Source: Selaginella moellendorffii (taxonomy: Eukaryota; Plantae; Lycopodiophyta). Taken from it: DNA of 64,000 bases. This document shows positions 1-14,221 of this stretch, in pieces. The position numbers and the translations under genes are program-made. The DNA lies in contig NW_003314388.1 in NCBI RefSeq assembly GCF_000143415.4, positions 343,361 through 407,360 on the forward strand, read 5' to 3'. The stretch's first letter is position 1. Each line of letters starts with the position of its first letter. Below the pieces are notes generated by a model, which saw only the letters and a program-made list of their open reading frames with translations, was not told the origin of the DNA and did not search any database.

Positions 1-800
1 AGTCAAAAAGACATATTATAGATTAAGTAGCCACTAATAAATAATTCATGCCATTTGCTTCAATACTATATATAACGCTTTCTTCCATTCAGCCAATTAG
101 AAAAGGGGTAATTATTTGATAAGAAAGGCTTTAATGATTATTTTATCCTCATTTATCCCCTACAGTTCCAAGAATTTATAATAACAGTATCTAAATCTTA
201 TCCTATAATCATATGCATTACAGATGTTATGCACGCTTGGACGACACACAATTACATATTAACATTGCTGCATATATCGATAAAGGAGTCTATCCCAAAT
301 TGAAGAAATTGATAATCACCATATTAGGCTGGCACTAAAAACCTGTAAAAACCATAATAAACAATATATACTACTTTTTAATATAGTTCATCAAATGTAA
401 TATAGTTTGTTATTCATTATAATAGTCATGATACAATATCTATTCTCTATATAGTCTATGAGATAGTTCTCTAGAAACAGTTTATACTTAGTTTCAAAAA
501 ACTGATATAAAAAAACATCTTTCCAAACTTTATTAGGCATAAAGAGCCCTAAGTGTTTTATGTATCTAAATCGTTTTAATTGATTTTGAAAATTTGATAG
601 ATTATTCTTCATGAGTGATTCTAGCTTACCATTGTTGGGGTTTTAAATCTATGTGAGAAAGAGTAATATTCCTTCTAAAATTTGGTAAGCACTAGTTTCA
701 TATTTTATATAAAAGCAACACTTAAACTAAAACTTGAGATTATATTTTTTCATATAGAGTTTGCTGCTCATATAATTTGTTGTTGTTGTTTTGTTGTTAA
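1..800. repeat. AT-rich dispersed repeat, copy 1 (boundaries approximate; runs off window start)
   Basis: Aligns by eye with about 12030-12915 in direct orientation; shared blocks include 'gaagaaattgataatcaccatattaggct' and 'gattctagcttaccattgttg'. Confidence 0.75.
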
Positions 801-849
801 ACTGTTAATAGATGGCTTAGATTTGAGCAAGATTTTCTAGAATATTCCA

Positions 850-3800
850 CTGTCAGAATATTCTAGGGGCATGAGGGGCACAGGGGTATATTCCCCTTTC
901 TTCCCTATTTTCTAAGGCCGGGAGTTCACACAAGAAAGAGTTTTGAGTTGGATGCTGCTGCATGTGTTCCAAATGAATTCTCAATTGCCTTACCATGCAA
1001 ATGTGTATGAGGCATGGCTTTGAGGCCAAGATTGTTGAATCTGCCACTCCCAAACATGGCATCTTCCATGAAGCTAGAACCATAAACCCTAAGATAAGAA
1101 AAAGAAAAGGGGTTAGAATTGAACTTAGAACCTCTTGCACCCTAAACAAGAATCATACCACTAGACTAAATGCCCATGATTTACAAGTTAAGCTAAACAC
1201 TCTCTAATTTATAGACTAATGAACACCCATTAACCCCTTATTCGAGGATGAAGATCGAGGAGGAGTTCGAGATAGATGAGGCTCTTGAGCCCAAGGTTCC
1301 TCTAGACTCCAAGGTTTGTGCCATTTTTCTTAGTGATGATAAGGACTTTCCATGCTGCCATATCTCTTTCAGGTTCTCTTTGCAAACTTAGCATTCGTCA
1401 ATAAGTTGGTATATGATGAGTTGTGCATCTCTAATGAAAGTGGCTTGCATAAACTTGAGATCTACTACCAACTTCATGGCATTGATAATTGCCAAGTACT
1501 TTACTTCATTAGCTGATGTTGCTGGAAAAGTGATAGAGAGGTTGGCTACTTTGTTCTTAGCAGAATCAATCATCTAAACACCAATGTCGGCAAGATGGTT
1601 TTTGGGGCAAAAAGTGTTATCGAAATAAGCTGTAATCATAAGAGTGTCTTCATCCTTAAATAAAGATGTTAAGGACACCATATATAGCAAGCTTGTCTCT
1701 GGCAAGTCAAGCAAGAATATTTCTTTTGAATCCAAGGCCTTTATCCCTTGCTTTCTCTGCTTCTAATGCTTTGAGTGTGCAATCTCCAATGTAAGGACTG
1801 AAGTTAAATATTTTGCTAGTGAAGGAAGATCTTCCATTGAAGTCAAGTCCAAGTCTAGGGTGGAATTTTCAATGCACCAAACTAGGATTTGTACTAAGGG
1901 CTCCATTGTGGAAAACTCTAAATTCTAACAGCTATAACTCACACATAGCATGTCTTATTGGCTTAGGTCTTTTTGCCAACTGTTTGCCTAGATATTACTC
2001 TTCATCTCCAAAACCGGCATGATAAAATTCATTTAGCTAAGCATACTTGGCCTGGCTTTTTAGTTTTCTTTTGCTTTGTCTTCCACTAGCTTGACAAGAA
2101 CCCATACACTCAGAATCGTTAGCTATAGTGATTTCCATAGGAAGATGTTGGCTGTGTGACACCTTAAACAATTGCTAAAGAGAACTGAATGCATCTTGTG
2201 GAAGATGGACTTAGTCTGGAATGACTTTATCATCAAGCTCCATAAGAAAAAGTTGGTCCTAAGCAAAAAAGAAGTCAAGAAGCCCATCCTTAATCAGATA
2301 ACACTCCAAAAAGCTAGATATGGAAGTTGGCACCATATAAGCCCCACCATCAAATAAAGAGGGTATGGCTAGAGGCTTAGCCTTACTTTCAAATAAAGAG
2401 AGTAAGGTTGAAAGATGTCCAAAGCTATTTAACTCACCTCCAACAATGTTGACTACATTGCATGAGAAAGCATCCATCACATAAATTTTAGGCATGTTGA
2501 GAAAGAGCTCTACTATGATTGTTGAGAAAGGTGGCGCTATAGATTCCATTGTTAATTTCCATCTTGCCTTTTGCACTATTGATGGTGCAATGGTGTCACG
2601 AATATGACTTTGGGTATCGAAAGATACTTGTCGGCTAGTCCTTACGAACACTCTTTCCTTACTGCCATGACGGTAAGAGGTTGGTACAGTTGGATCCCTT
2701 TGGTAGCCCCTTTTGTGCTAGTGGAGTTAATTGGGCATTTCGAATGTACTTAGACCAGATGAGTATAAGGATGGAATTCCTATGTACTATTAGCTAAGCA
2801 TACTTAGCCCAGTAAGGAGTTCCCTTCTCGTTGTGTCTTGCACTAGCTAGTGACAAGAACCCTCGTGTATTGAGATTAGTCCCTTAATATCGCTAAATGA
2901 TAGCTTATTGTGTTTGCCAAACACCCTCGCTATCATACCCTTTGTGTTAGTCTCATTTTGGTCCCAAATGCTATTTATGGAAAGTGTCAGAATTGCTCAT
3001 TTGGCATATCTACGGAACGTAGTGATTGGCCTAAACACAATGGTGTTTGTCTCATGTCCAAATTCGCAATCTAGGGACATACTATATTTAGTAAGTTTCG
3101 AGCTTGTCCTAAAGACTAACTCCTAGTAATAAAGGAGGCTTGGGGTGAAAGCCCAAAGCGTGTGTTCCTCAAGAGGGGGAGGGGGGCTATGGGGGGTTCC
3201 AAATGTATAGTAAGGATAGTGGTTGGAATGCATGTCCGACCACCTAAGGCATTAGTTTGGCTTCCACTGGGCTGTGTCGCTCCTTGTTTTGTGTCTGACT
3301 TGGGTCTAAGCCGAAGCTCCATATTGCTCTAGTTGGTGGGGTACCCTCCTCCTCGCATTAGGCTACAGGTATGCCAAAATTGTGTCAGACACCATCTAAC
3401 ACCATTTTGCATGCAGGTGCTTGATACGGGGAGTTGGTGCTCGTAGGATTGTACCGGACCCTCATTTCGTAGCACAACGGGCTTGGAATTCAGCTCCAAA
3501 TTCAGGTGTGCTACAAATGGGCTAGAACTTGCCATAAACAGCTAAGGATAATAGAGTGCTTCAAGGAGGATGTTCCAAGACACTCGTAGTCGACCATAAG
3601 GAAATCTACTTAAAAAATAACACCTTGTATCGAGATGTTAATGCCACATTAGCATTGGAGGAATAGTGTGATTGGCAAAGGTCTTGAACACAATGGAGGA
3701 GCACTCAATGATCTCTAGCTATGCTGAAAAGGTATCTTCAAGAGAGATAATATTACTTATAGAACTAGAGTCAACCAAAACATCCATTGCAAGAGGAAGT

Positions 3801-6650
3801 GCCAATTTGCACTAGGACGAAGAATGGACCAAGATCTCCACCATATTTTGTCATGTTGATGATGTGCACCTCTTGAGGAGTCCTACTGAAAGTGCTCTGT
3901 GGTGTTCCTGACCTTGGAAACTCCTCTAAATGCTAGTAGAATTCAAGGACAAAGCACAATATTTCTCGGAGCAAAAAGAGTGTCAACTAGTTATTGAAGA
4001 ACTAGCTCCAAAACATGAATAGCTGTTGATGAGATCCCAGGAGGAGAGGAGAGTAGTGACTTGAAGGGGAGCTTAAAAGCCACTCACTATATCACTAGAT
4101 TTAGTGCAAATAGAGATTGTGGTTTGGTGTTTCTATTTGTAAAGTTCCTCAGTTACCAAAATTGTGTTGATTGATGAAGTTGGTGCTTTGCCTTTGTTTG
4201 ATGAAAAGGCTGCCTTGATCACTCATTGCTCCAACTACTCTTAGTATGTCTCTAGACCATGAGATGGTGTGGAGTTGTTAGTGAAGGGATATTGTTGGAC
4301 ACGTTGAAAAGGTGGAGGTTGAAGCACTAGGTGAAGTTTGAAGTGGCACTATATGCTATGTGTGTTTGTCTCGTAGTGAGTGCACTAATAGGACTTGAAT
4401 GAATTAGCATTCCCAAGCTGTAGTAGCCTCTTTTCTAGACTTCATAAACTCTTAGAGCAGCTTGTCATGGTGTGACTATTGCTAAAGAATGATCACCTTC
4501 AACTATTGCATCATGTTGGCAAAGTGTAAACAACCAAAGAGAACAACTTGAGAAATGGTCCATAGGGTTCAAATATAAAGGGAAAGGGCCCATGAACAAA
4601 AGTGCACTTTCTTTTCCAATCGGTTAAGGGTCTTGGGATAGTTGGAGTTAAGTGTCCTTGGGTTTGAATAATACTGGGTTGGGTGACCTCTCAGGAAGTC
4701 CAAACTCAGGAGCTTACATTTCTCAATAGTTAGAGGTGTGTGTTCAACGGCAATAGGCTTTAGTGGTGATGGGTGAATAGTTGCACAAGGCGTTAAAATC
4801 AACTTTAACAATCCCCAAGTTGACAAATAATTCTCTTTCCAGCTTTATGGCAAATGAAAATGCCTCATAGCAAAACCTGAATGTTTTTTTGAGAAGTTTC
4901 CATTGCAAGTTCTCATGCAAACCTACTATAAATGCTATGATCCCATGCTGCTTGTCTTGGACCACTCTATGATCCCAACATTGCTTCTAGTACACTTGAA
5001 ACTAGTGATATAGTCAAGGACAAACTCATGAGCACCCTACTGGAATAAAACAAAATCGACAAATAGCCGATTTGTGGGTTTTTCTTTGATGAAATGTTCC
5101 TTGAACAAAGCAAGTAGTGTCTGGAAGTCCATTTAGTCCTCTAGGAGAAGAGAATCTACCCAAGTTGCTAATTTTCCTTCATAAGATTGCAAGAAGTTAT
5201 AGCATATACAATCATTATCAACAATCATGTTTGTGGTGTAGTAGTACTCAAAGCAATTGATATGCAATGTTGGAGAAACTATTCCAACACTTAAGAAGGT
5301 TGGTAAATCACTCCTCTTTTGCAAAACATGGAGTTGATGTTGAGCTAAATATGGCTGTGCCATAGCTCATAGATCAGAGTTGCTAGAATCTATTGAGGAT
5401 GAAGAAAACTCAACTTGAGAAGGTGCTATGTTGTACCTAAGTTGCCTCTGGATGCTAAAAACTTTACTCCGTACCTTAGGGCCTTGAGGTATAGTAAAAG
5501 GGCACTAGTTTGCCATATTCCTAATCTATACTGGCATTAAATACTTTGAATACTGCAAATGTTTAGTCAAAGCAACTTAATTGACAGGAGTAATAAGGCT
5601 GTAAACTTCTCTAAAGCATAGAAAGAAGAGTCCTCGGCCATAATAAATGGCCTAGAATCCTTTGCCTTGTTCACAAGTTGCTCAAAATTGCCCAAAATGC
5701 CCGTGATAAAAAGAAATACATTTAAAAATGGAAGGAGATATAGGCTGATTGGTAAAAATTGCTTTAGTGTAGCTCTTTTAACATTCCAAGACACACCTTA
5801 AAGCATATATAGGAAAGATTACTTATTTCCTAGAAAACCCTCACCAAAGTTTAGCCTAAAATTGAAAAATGAATACCTTGATCTTGATCCTTCATTATTT
5901 TGATTGTAAGTAGGATTGTTGAAAAGAGTTCAACCCCATCTACCATATTATTCCAAGAATTTGTGATGAAAACACCTCAATATCCTGTGAGATTTAAGAA
6001 AAGATAAAGAAAATCATTTTGCATGCCACAAATTCTCTCAAATCTAGCACCAAGAATCAACCTTGCTGAAAAAAGGAGCTTTAGACCTATCCAATATGCC
6101 TAAGATCAAGCAAATCTGCTGTTAGAAAAACAAAAAATTTCTCCTCAAAGTTTACGGCCAAAAGGAAAAGATAGAAATGACACCTTTGAAAGCTATACTC
6201 ATCATTTCAGGTTCACTATTTGTTAGGGGAATGAGAAGGTGCTCTTCTAACACTTGCTCAAACATGAGAAATACTTCAATGCTTTCCATAAATACCCCTC
6301 TGGGGCAAAGGTTTCATGCAAAGAAGATGAGGAATAATCTAGGAATATAGCCATGCTTGACAATTTAATAACATAGTTCCTTCAAATTTTTAAGTGTTCT
6401 CACTTGACAAAATCAATTTATAATCATGCATGCCCCATGTTTTGCCCCATGGGCCCCTCTTGAAGTTAACATCTTCAACTAAAGTTTTTACTCCTCTAAT
6501 CCCACTTAATAAGTCACATAATTAATGTAACATAGTTTTTTGTATAAGTTTGAAAGTCCTCAAACATTAACTTTCATTCAAAGCCATTTTTTTTAACATA
6601 AGGGAACTAGTTAACATATGCTCTAGATTAAAATGAAAGATCAAAGATTG
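850..6650 (-). mobile_element. Highly decayed Ty3/Gypsy retrotransposon remnants (gag, pol, extra RNase H of the Tat type); boundaries approximate
   Basis: ORF 1388-1573(-) 'ATSANEVKYLAIINAMKL...IRDAQLIIYQL' resembles the TNNxAEYxA...GDSQLV RNase H motif. Gag-like remnants lie at about 4750-5250. The stretch at 6340-6610 resembles 30770-31030. Many stops. Confidence 0.6.
2594..3515 (+). mobile_element. Solo LTR related to family A, with 5-bp TSD AATGG
   Basis: Starts TGTCACG and ends GCTACA; AATGG at 2589-2593 and 3516-3520; homologous to the LTR at 13066-14208. Confidence 0.9.
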
Positions 6651-6689
6651 CATCATAGGGCTTTCTCTTTTTGGCACGCCATACACATG

Positions 6690-7529
6690 TAGAAGAAGCA
6701 CAATTATTACACAATTTGCAATTTCATAATGCCAAAGAAGGATCTCTTTTGTGTTCAACAACAGTGGATGATGGTTAGTGTTTTCTTTTCTTCTTCTCTT
6801 CCAGACTGACTTTGTGGCTTTCGAAAATGATAGCTTTGAAATTGCTCGTGGACAATCGCATTACTGGGCTTCCAGTTACAGACAAGGACAGAAAGCTGGT
6901 CAGTCTCGCCATCTCTTTCTTGAAGCTCATAGATCTGAAAGCCAAATCTCTCGCAGGTTGGAGTTGTATCAGACTACAATTTACTAGCTCTTGATTCTAT
7001 CTTGGGTAAGCCAGAGCTCCAAGGTTTTTCTTATGAATTTCTCAATCTCAGGGAAGAGGCCATCAAGCAACAGTTTGTTCCCCGAGGCAGGAAGTACATG
7101 GAAGGTGAGCAAAACTTTCTAGAGTTAGCTTTTTTCTTTCTTTCAGGCCTTCAAAGAGATCCAACACCTTCTCACCAAAATCCAAGGCAAGACTGTGGGA
7201 GATTTGATGACTCCCTTGCCGCTGGTGGTTCGAGTGGACATGAACATTTAAGACGCAGCCAGGTAGCTTCAAACGTTTCTGCCATACTCGATAGAAATTT
7301 CGCTAAAACTTCTTGGTTTTCCTTTGGATCCAAGGATATTGCTTGACACCAAGTACCAGAGGCTTCCTGTTGTGGACGAGTCTGGAAACCTGGTAACGAA
7401 GAATTAGATTTGCTTGATTGTGAGAATTCTTTCGTAAACTTCCAGGTCGGTTTGATCACGAGAGGCAACGTTGTTCGAGCAGCATTACAAGTCAAGTGTG
7501 CTGCCGAGGAAAATACTTCCAGCTCGTGA
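6690..7529 (+). pseudogene. CBS-domain protein (CBSX1/CBSX2-like) pseudogene, 5'-truncated
   Basis: Spliced exons read ALKLLVDNRITGLPV / VGVVSDYNLLALDS / AFKEIQHLLTKIQGKTVGDLMTPLPLVVR / ILLDTKYQRLPVVD / VGLITRGNVVRAAL. In-frame TAA at 7249-7251; N-terminus replaced by retroelement DNA. Confidence 0.8.
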
Positions 7530-7685
7530 CGAAGAAAAAAATTTATTCTCGGAATCATCCAAGAAGATTCACATTCATTTGTTCTCTCTACGGCCAATTC
7601 TTTGTATTTCTATTTGGTAACATCTTAAACGAAGTTCCTAGAATTTGGATTTAAAAGTTGTTTTTATCTCTTTGTACAATGTGAT

Positions 7686-10450
7686 TCAACTCCCACCACC
7701 ACAGCCACCGCACCCGCAGCCACCACCGCCTCCACCACCTCCTCCACAACCTCCTCCTCCACCTCCTGCTCCACCACATCGCCACAATACGAACCTCCTC
7801 CCCTCCTGCTCCACCACATCGCCACAATACGAACCACCTCCATCATACCAGCACTGGCCTGAACCACCAAAACCATGACCACCGTCGCCTCCGCCCTCTC
7901 CCCTGCCCTCTCCGCCACCACCTTCAATCACCTTGCTGCAACGGCGATCAATCGTCACAGCACCTGGTCAGGCAGCAATGTTCTTAGTATTTGGGTGCAA
8001 AATATTCGTTTCTCACTCCAATGATCTTGTTCTTCTTCTGAGACGATCACTCGTTTACTCCTCATCGTCCACGAAGGAATGGCTTTGCCGAGCATATCGG
8101 ACACGGACATGCTTATGGTTGCCGACAAAAGAAGCACAAGCAGCACATCCTCGTTGGGATCAATCTGGAAGTAAGCTTTCATTTACGGTTTCTTAGAATG
8201 AGATAGATCGAGCTTTACCTGCATGCCTCCAGACCGCCAGTTGAAAAGAGCTGTCGCCTTGCCTTGAGGAGCGTCTCTTGTGAATCTCACCATTGTCACA
8301 AACCACGCTTCCTGTCGGTCAGATGCACCAGGAACAGCAAAGTCCAGGTGACGACCCGAGAAGAGCATGATCTACAATCAAGTTTTCCAGAGAATCAGCC
8401 ATCTGTACCACTGTATAATCTCACTAACTCACCGGACAGTTGTGGGATTTCATTTCAACGTGGAGCTGTGGTCTCATGTTCCAGTGCTTATCCTTCACAT
8501 TTCTGTCCACAGTTAAAATAGCCTTCCCGTTCTGCAGAGACCATCTCCTAGATTCCAAAGATGGTTTCTCCAGTTGCCACGCAGATCCCAGAATTTCACC
8601 TGAGAAAGAAAAAACATTTTGTCGATCCAAAAGATTTGTTGCTTTTGCCATACCGTTTACAGAGCCAGTGTTATAAGAACCTTTGTATGTCCACCCTCCT
8701 TTGTGAGCGTGCACAACTTTATCAGTGTCTGGAATGCTTCTTAGCCAAAACCCTCCACGCTTGTATCTACAAGAAAAGTTACTGCATCAGCCTGAAAAAA
8801 AGTGGAAGGCTTGATCACAGCGTACAAACCTGCAAACGCACAACGAAGGATTCGACTCTGGCATGGTCGAAAACGTTCCTTGTTATCCACATGCTTTCGC
8901 GGTTACTGTCGTGAGTGGCACTGTCGTCTCCCGTGTCTCTCACTCTCACGCTTCTAAAGAGATAAGGCGCAGTGACTGGAGAAGTAACGGAGATGTAAAC
9001 CAGCACCGACACTTGTCGGTCCTCCTGGAATGGAAACCAGCCGCCGAGTGATTGTGTTTCCGAACGGATGACATTTATCCATGGAATCACGAGCCGGCCC
9101 ACAGTTCTGGATATCAAAACCCGCCTCCGTCGAACTGCTAGCACCAGTCCTTCGGTGGAGAGTTCAGCCGTCATGACTGACACTACGTTCTGCTGAGAGG
9201 CAGCCTTCACTCGTTGGCTTTCGAGCTTCAGAAACTTTTGATGGTTTAACGAGCTGACCACATAGGAGATGGTCTTGTCGTCTGGCAAACCTCTAGTACC
9301 TCGCACGGAGAGATGAACCTACAGAAATCGATCGGATCCGGCGAGATTGACAACAAATCTGCAAACTCAAATACCTGAATGGTCTTTCGCTCAGCCAAGT
9401 GATCGTCGTTTTTACTAGCAAGCCTAGCGAGCTTGGTTGGATCATAAGCAGGTGTTCCTGGAATGGATACTGGTGGCTCCCCTCTATACATGCAGCCTGC
9501 TTTCTCGTATGGAAGGCCATACGTGTCTTCCCACATAGATCGAGTTTTTGTGAATCCATTGTCCAGTTTCCCTCCAGAACCTCGGTTGCTATCTGTGTCG
9601 TCATGCTCGAAGATGCTTCCCAGTACCTGTGTGAGATCGTTGTGGTAGCTCACAGTGTGAAGCTGATGAGTATGCCATATCAAATCAATGTCGTAAGTGG
9701 GAACGAAAAACGTTGATGTGCCAGACGTGCGTATGAGATGGAGAAATGCCTTGTAACGTGCAGCTGCAGCTAGCAAGAAGCTCTCATCCAGGTAATGCGG
9801 ATCAGAAACCTGCATACTTAAAGTTGAGTTTGCTTTCAAGAAAAGATCACCACTTGCCTGATAGTAGAAACTTTTCTGCCTGAGAGCCGCTTCTGCCAAG
9901 TCATAAGAGATATTGGTTGCTCTTTCGGTATATCTTCTTGTCACGTCTCCACCGTAAATGTCTAGAGTGTATGGTTCGTCCCGGAAATTCGAAGCCCAGG
10001 TATTGGCGCTTTGCTGGAGATCGCTTTCGTGTCTCGCCAAAGATGGTCCGGCCACAATCTTACCGAACAATCTCTTACAGTCCTCAGCATATTGAACCTA
10101 GTCAGAGAGGTTACTTCAGCAAACAGAAAATGAATGGTTACACTTACAGGATTCAAGCGATGGCAATGGAAGAATTTGCTAGCAGCGGAAGGCAGCAGTA
10201 CTGGTATCTAGAATCCAAGAAGAAATCAGAAAACTAGATGAAGCAAGTAATTAATATCTCACCTCTCGATTGCCCTTCCTAAAACAGGCCCCTCAAACAG
10301 TCTGAAGTTGCCATGTACCAGGAAAAGAAACTCCAACTGTGATTTTGCAGCTCATACCACATCGAGAGACACCGCAACTTCTGCAGCTTTGGACCATTCA
10401 TTCAGTTGATTCTCGGCTTTGTGCCATTCATTCAGTTGATTCTCGGAAAG
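7686..10450 (-). pseudogene. Glycine-rich domain protein (GRDP, DUF1399-like) pseudogene
   Basis: Motifs EWSKAAEVAVSLDVV*AAKSQLEFL, HCHRLNP, FFVPTYDIDLIWHTHQLH and a GGCGG C-terminus. Lesions: premature TGA near 10362, frameshifting deletion between RYQYCCLPLLA and HCHRLNP (about 10170), tandem duplications at about 7765-7835 and 10393-10446. Confidence 0.8.
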
Positions 10451-12029
10451 GGAAGCCCTTGTTGTTGTCCGTGAGTCGAGCACAAGGTTTGGTCTCCTTA
10501 AATTCTCGGGAAGAAACTGACTCTTCCAAGGACGTAGAGTGTGTTGTATTATGAAACGGTGTTTTGTTATATTATGACGGTTGATACATGGTTAAATGTA
10601 TGGGTTTATCGTGACGATCCGTGGCGGCGTCTGGATCGCTCACGGGGCTGTGTGCTGACGTGGTCCACAGAGTGTTAAAAAATTCGATGTGTCTTGAAGA
10701 ATTCACGCGAGCCGCGTCTAGAAAGTCTCAAGATCCAGCAGACTAGCGAGGCAGGATCGTCGAACTTGCTTTTGTCGTCAAGCCGTTTTTACCAAGACTT
10801 CAGAAAAAAAAATTATCGTCCGCCCCACGGGGATGTGCATCCACGTTGCCCTGCTAAAAACATTCAAAATCAGCAGATAGTTCAGATGCAACTGTACTCT
10901 CAAGGGAAATCCACGTCCTTTAGAGCCAAGAGAAGCTCAAAGAGAGGAACAAGAAGTACTCTTCCATGTCCACTTACACTCGCTACTTCGTGCCTAGGCA
11001 GTAAAAACACACAGAACTAGAGATTGTTTCACAGCCAGCAATTTTCGTCACCATGGAGGATGAATGCAGAGAACACATCCGACCTGTAGATCGGGAGAAA
11101 GGCTGTCGAAAATAGCAGTGACGACTTGCAAGGACTCCAGAACCTCGCACTTTGTGGACGTGAGATGTGCCTCAAATGATGGCATGACCAGTGCTGTGTG
11201 ATATGGTGTGTTATTTGTAAACTGGTGGTGCTGTGTGATATGGTAAAAAGGTCTATACTACACAATATTGCATCTGCCATGTGGTTATATTTCATTGACC
11301 TGCCATAATTATGTTGCTCAAGAATGGTCACATGCCTATCATAGTATGGCCAATGACACATATTGAGTTTGTTGTTGGGCTAAAAAAAATGGCAAAACCT
11401 CTAAAATCTAGGAAATTTTGGAATTTTTACAATCAAATGCTTACTCTTAACAAGAAATTACACCTTTCTTAGAGGAAATCTAAGAGGTTAATAAAATTTA
11501 GTGGACAAGTCTTTACACCTAACTTAGTGGTAGTATTGGCAAGTATGATTGTAAAATGAGAGGGATTTAGTAGGGATCAAAAAAGGGATATTAAGGGATG
11601 TCATTCCTTTATATATTAAAGCATTTTAAAGATGCTAAAGTGTAGTTATAAGATGACTATTCATAGATAGATAATCAAATACAAGACCATAGTATTGGTG
11701 GAATTGGACCAATAAGAATGAATATTGCTTTAGTGTAAAAGGTTGATATGTCAATGATATTTATAAGTGTTTAAAATAAGATTAGACATATAGAACACAT
11801 ACACCAAGTTCACCACTAATGTCTAGCAAGTACCTCAAATTAATTTAGGATATATTGAGGTGGTGAGTGGAACTCTTCCAAGTGGTCATAGTTAAGTAAA
11901 ATGAAAAATTTAATTTCTTAAAAAATTTAGTTGTTTTAATGGTAACATCTGAAAGATGATAGAGCAAGATGAAGAATATAATCATAAATGCTCAATACAA
12001 TTTCAATTTTAAGGGTAAAAATATACTTT

Positions 12030-12915
12030 ATTCAAAAGGATATATTATAGTCTAAGTAGCTACTAATAAATAAAAATTTATATGTAATGCTTTCTCCCTT
12101 TCAGCCAATTGGAAAAAGAGGCAATTATTTAATAAAAGAGGTTTAATAGTTATTTTATCCCCATTTATCACCAAAAGTTCTAAGAATGTATGATGATAGT
12201 ATCTAAATCTCATCTCATGATCATATGCATTACATATATTATACACGCTTGGATGATATACAATTACATCTCACCATTTCTGATGTTGATGAAGGAGCCT
12301 ATGAAGAAATTGATAATCACCATATTAGGCTAGCACTAAAAACCCCTAAAAAAATACTGTATGAATAAAATATATTAATATATAATATTTACTACTTTTT
12401 AATATAGTTCATGAAATGTAATATAGTTTATTATTTGTTATAACAGTTATGATAAAATTTTTATTCTCTATAGAGTCTATAAGGTAGTTTTCTAGAAACA
12501 AGTTTAGAAAAACTGATATAAAAAAATATCTTTTCAAACTTTATTACATTAATATTTTATGCTGAATAAAGAATATTTTTAATTATATAAATTTAAAATT
12601 TAGCACTTATAAGTTTTATAAATAATTAATTTGGAAAAGGTATAAAGAGCTCCAAGTGTTTTATATATCTAAATCTTCTATTTCAATTTTAAGAGATTTT
12701 GAAAATTTGATAGATTATTCTTCATAAATGATTCTAGCTTACCATTGTTGAGGTTTTAAATCTATATGAGAAAGAGTAATATATGTTCTAAAATCCCAAA
12801 ATTTAATAGGTATTGATTTCATATTTCATATATAAGTGACACTTAAACTAAAACTTAAGCTTACATTTTCTCTTATAGGATTTGTTTCTCTTATAATTTG
12901 TTGTTTGTTGTTTAA
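12030..12915. repeat. AT-rich dispersed repeat, copy 2 (boundaries approximate)
   Basis: Direct-orientation match to 1-800 with small insertions. Confidence 0.75.
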
Positions 12916-13065
12916 ACTCAAAGTCTCTTTATATATATAGACTTTGAGGGGGGCTGTAGAGGGTTCAAAAGTATAGTAGGGAGAATGTGAGGGTTGGACC
13001 CTAGTGGAGTTAGTTTGGCTAAGAAAGGCTAGTTTGGCCCACTCAGGTGTTAGGTGATGAGATAT

Positions 13066-14208
13066 TGTCGCGCATGTGACTTTGGGTATCGAAAGTTACC
13101 TGTCGACCAGTCCTTATGGACACTCTTACCTTACTGCCAGGATGGCAGGAGATCGGTATTGCTGGTTCCCTTTATCAGCCCCTCTTGTTCAAGTGTTAGT
13201 TTACTGGGCTTAGCATCTGTACTTAGCCAGATGGACATAAGGTAGGAACTCCTATGTGTTTCTAGCTGAGCATACTCGACCTGGCTCTTAGTTGTCTTTT
13301 GCTCTGTCTTGCACTGGCTTGACAAGAACCCTCGCATATTGAGATTGGTCCCTCAATATCGCCGAATGATAGCTTACTGTGTCTGCCAAACACCCTCGCT
13401 ATCATGCCCTTTGTGTTGGTCTCATTTCGGTCCCAAATACTATTTATGGAAAGTGTCTAGATTTGCTCATTTGGCATATCTACGGAATGTAGAGATCGTC
13501 CTGAACACAATGGTGTTCATCTCGTGTCCAAATTCGCAATTTAGGGACACTCCATATTTAGTAAGTTTTGAGCTTGTCCCAGAGACTAACTCCTGATACT
13601 AAGGGAGGCTTGGGGTGAAAGCCTAAAGCATGTGTTCCTCAAGGGGGGGGGGGGGCTGTGGGGGGTTCTAAATGTATAGTAGGGATAGTGGGTAGGTCGG
13701 GCATGGCCGACCAACCTGAGGCATAGTCTAGCTCCCGCTTGTGTGCCTGTCCTTGTTCTGCGTCCGGCTTGGGTCTAAGCCCAAGTTCCATTCCATGCTA
13801 GCTGGTGGAGTACCCATATCCTCACGTTAGGCCACCGGTATGCCGAAATAGCACCAGACTCCGTTTGGCTCCGTTTTGCGTGCTGGTCCTGGCATTGGGA
13901 TGCTGGTTGCTCTAGGACTATTCCAAGTCACTCCGGGCCCCTGTCCCTTCGCTCCTTCGGCTGTACGCTCGGGAGTTGCTCCGTGGTTCGGTTCCGTCAC
14001 TCCTTGGCTCCATGCTTGGGAGTTTGGCACCGTTCCTTCGTTCAGTGGCCAAGGCCCTGAACCTCGGGTTCCACACCACGGTCCTTTAGACACATGGCAT
14101 GTGACATGTGGCATCTGTCATGTGGCACAAAGGGTTTAGGTTCCGCTTCGTGGTGTTATCCTATGGTAAATCACCATAGGATAAAGGGTAAAAACCACGT
14201 GCGCTACA
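13066..14208 (+). repeat. 5' LTR, family A
   Basis: TGTCG...GCTACA, followed by TT and the PBS. Confidence 0.95.
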
Positions 14209-14210
14209 TT

Positions 14211-14221
14211 TGGTATCAGAG
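14211..14221 (+). promoter_or_regulatory. Primer-binding site (tRNA-iMet)
   Basis: TGGTATCAGAG 2 nt after the LTR; canonical plant iMet PBS. Confidence 0.9.

Noticed and set aside
7645-7878. Proline-rich extensin-like ORF on the plus strand
   Set aside because: Antisense of the Gly/Cys-rich GRDP C-terminus.
10694-11361. Possible third gene fragment upstream of GRDP
   Set aside because: Splice-like signals are present but I recognise no protein family.
13054-14139. Short ORFs repeated at about 2.9, 13, 19 and 54-55 kb
   Set aside because: They recur only because they lie in family-A LTR sequence; no protein motifs.
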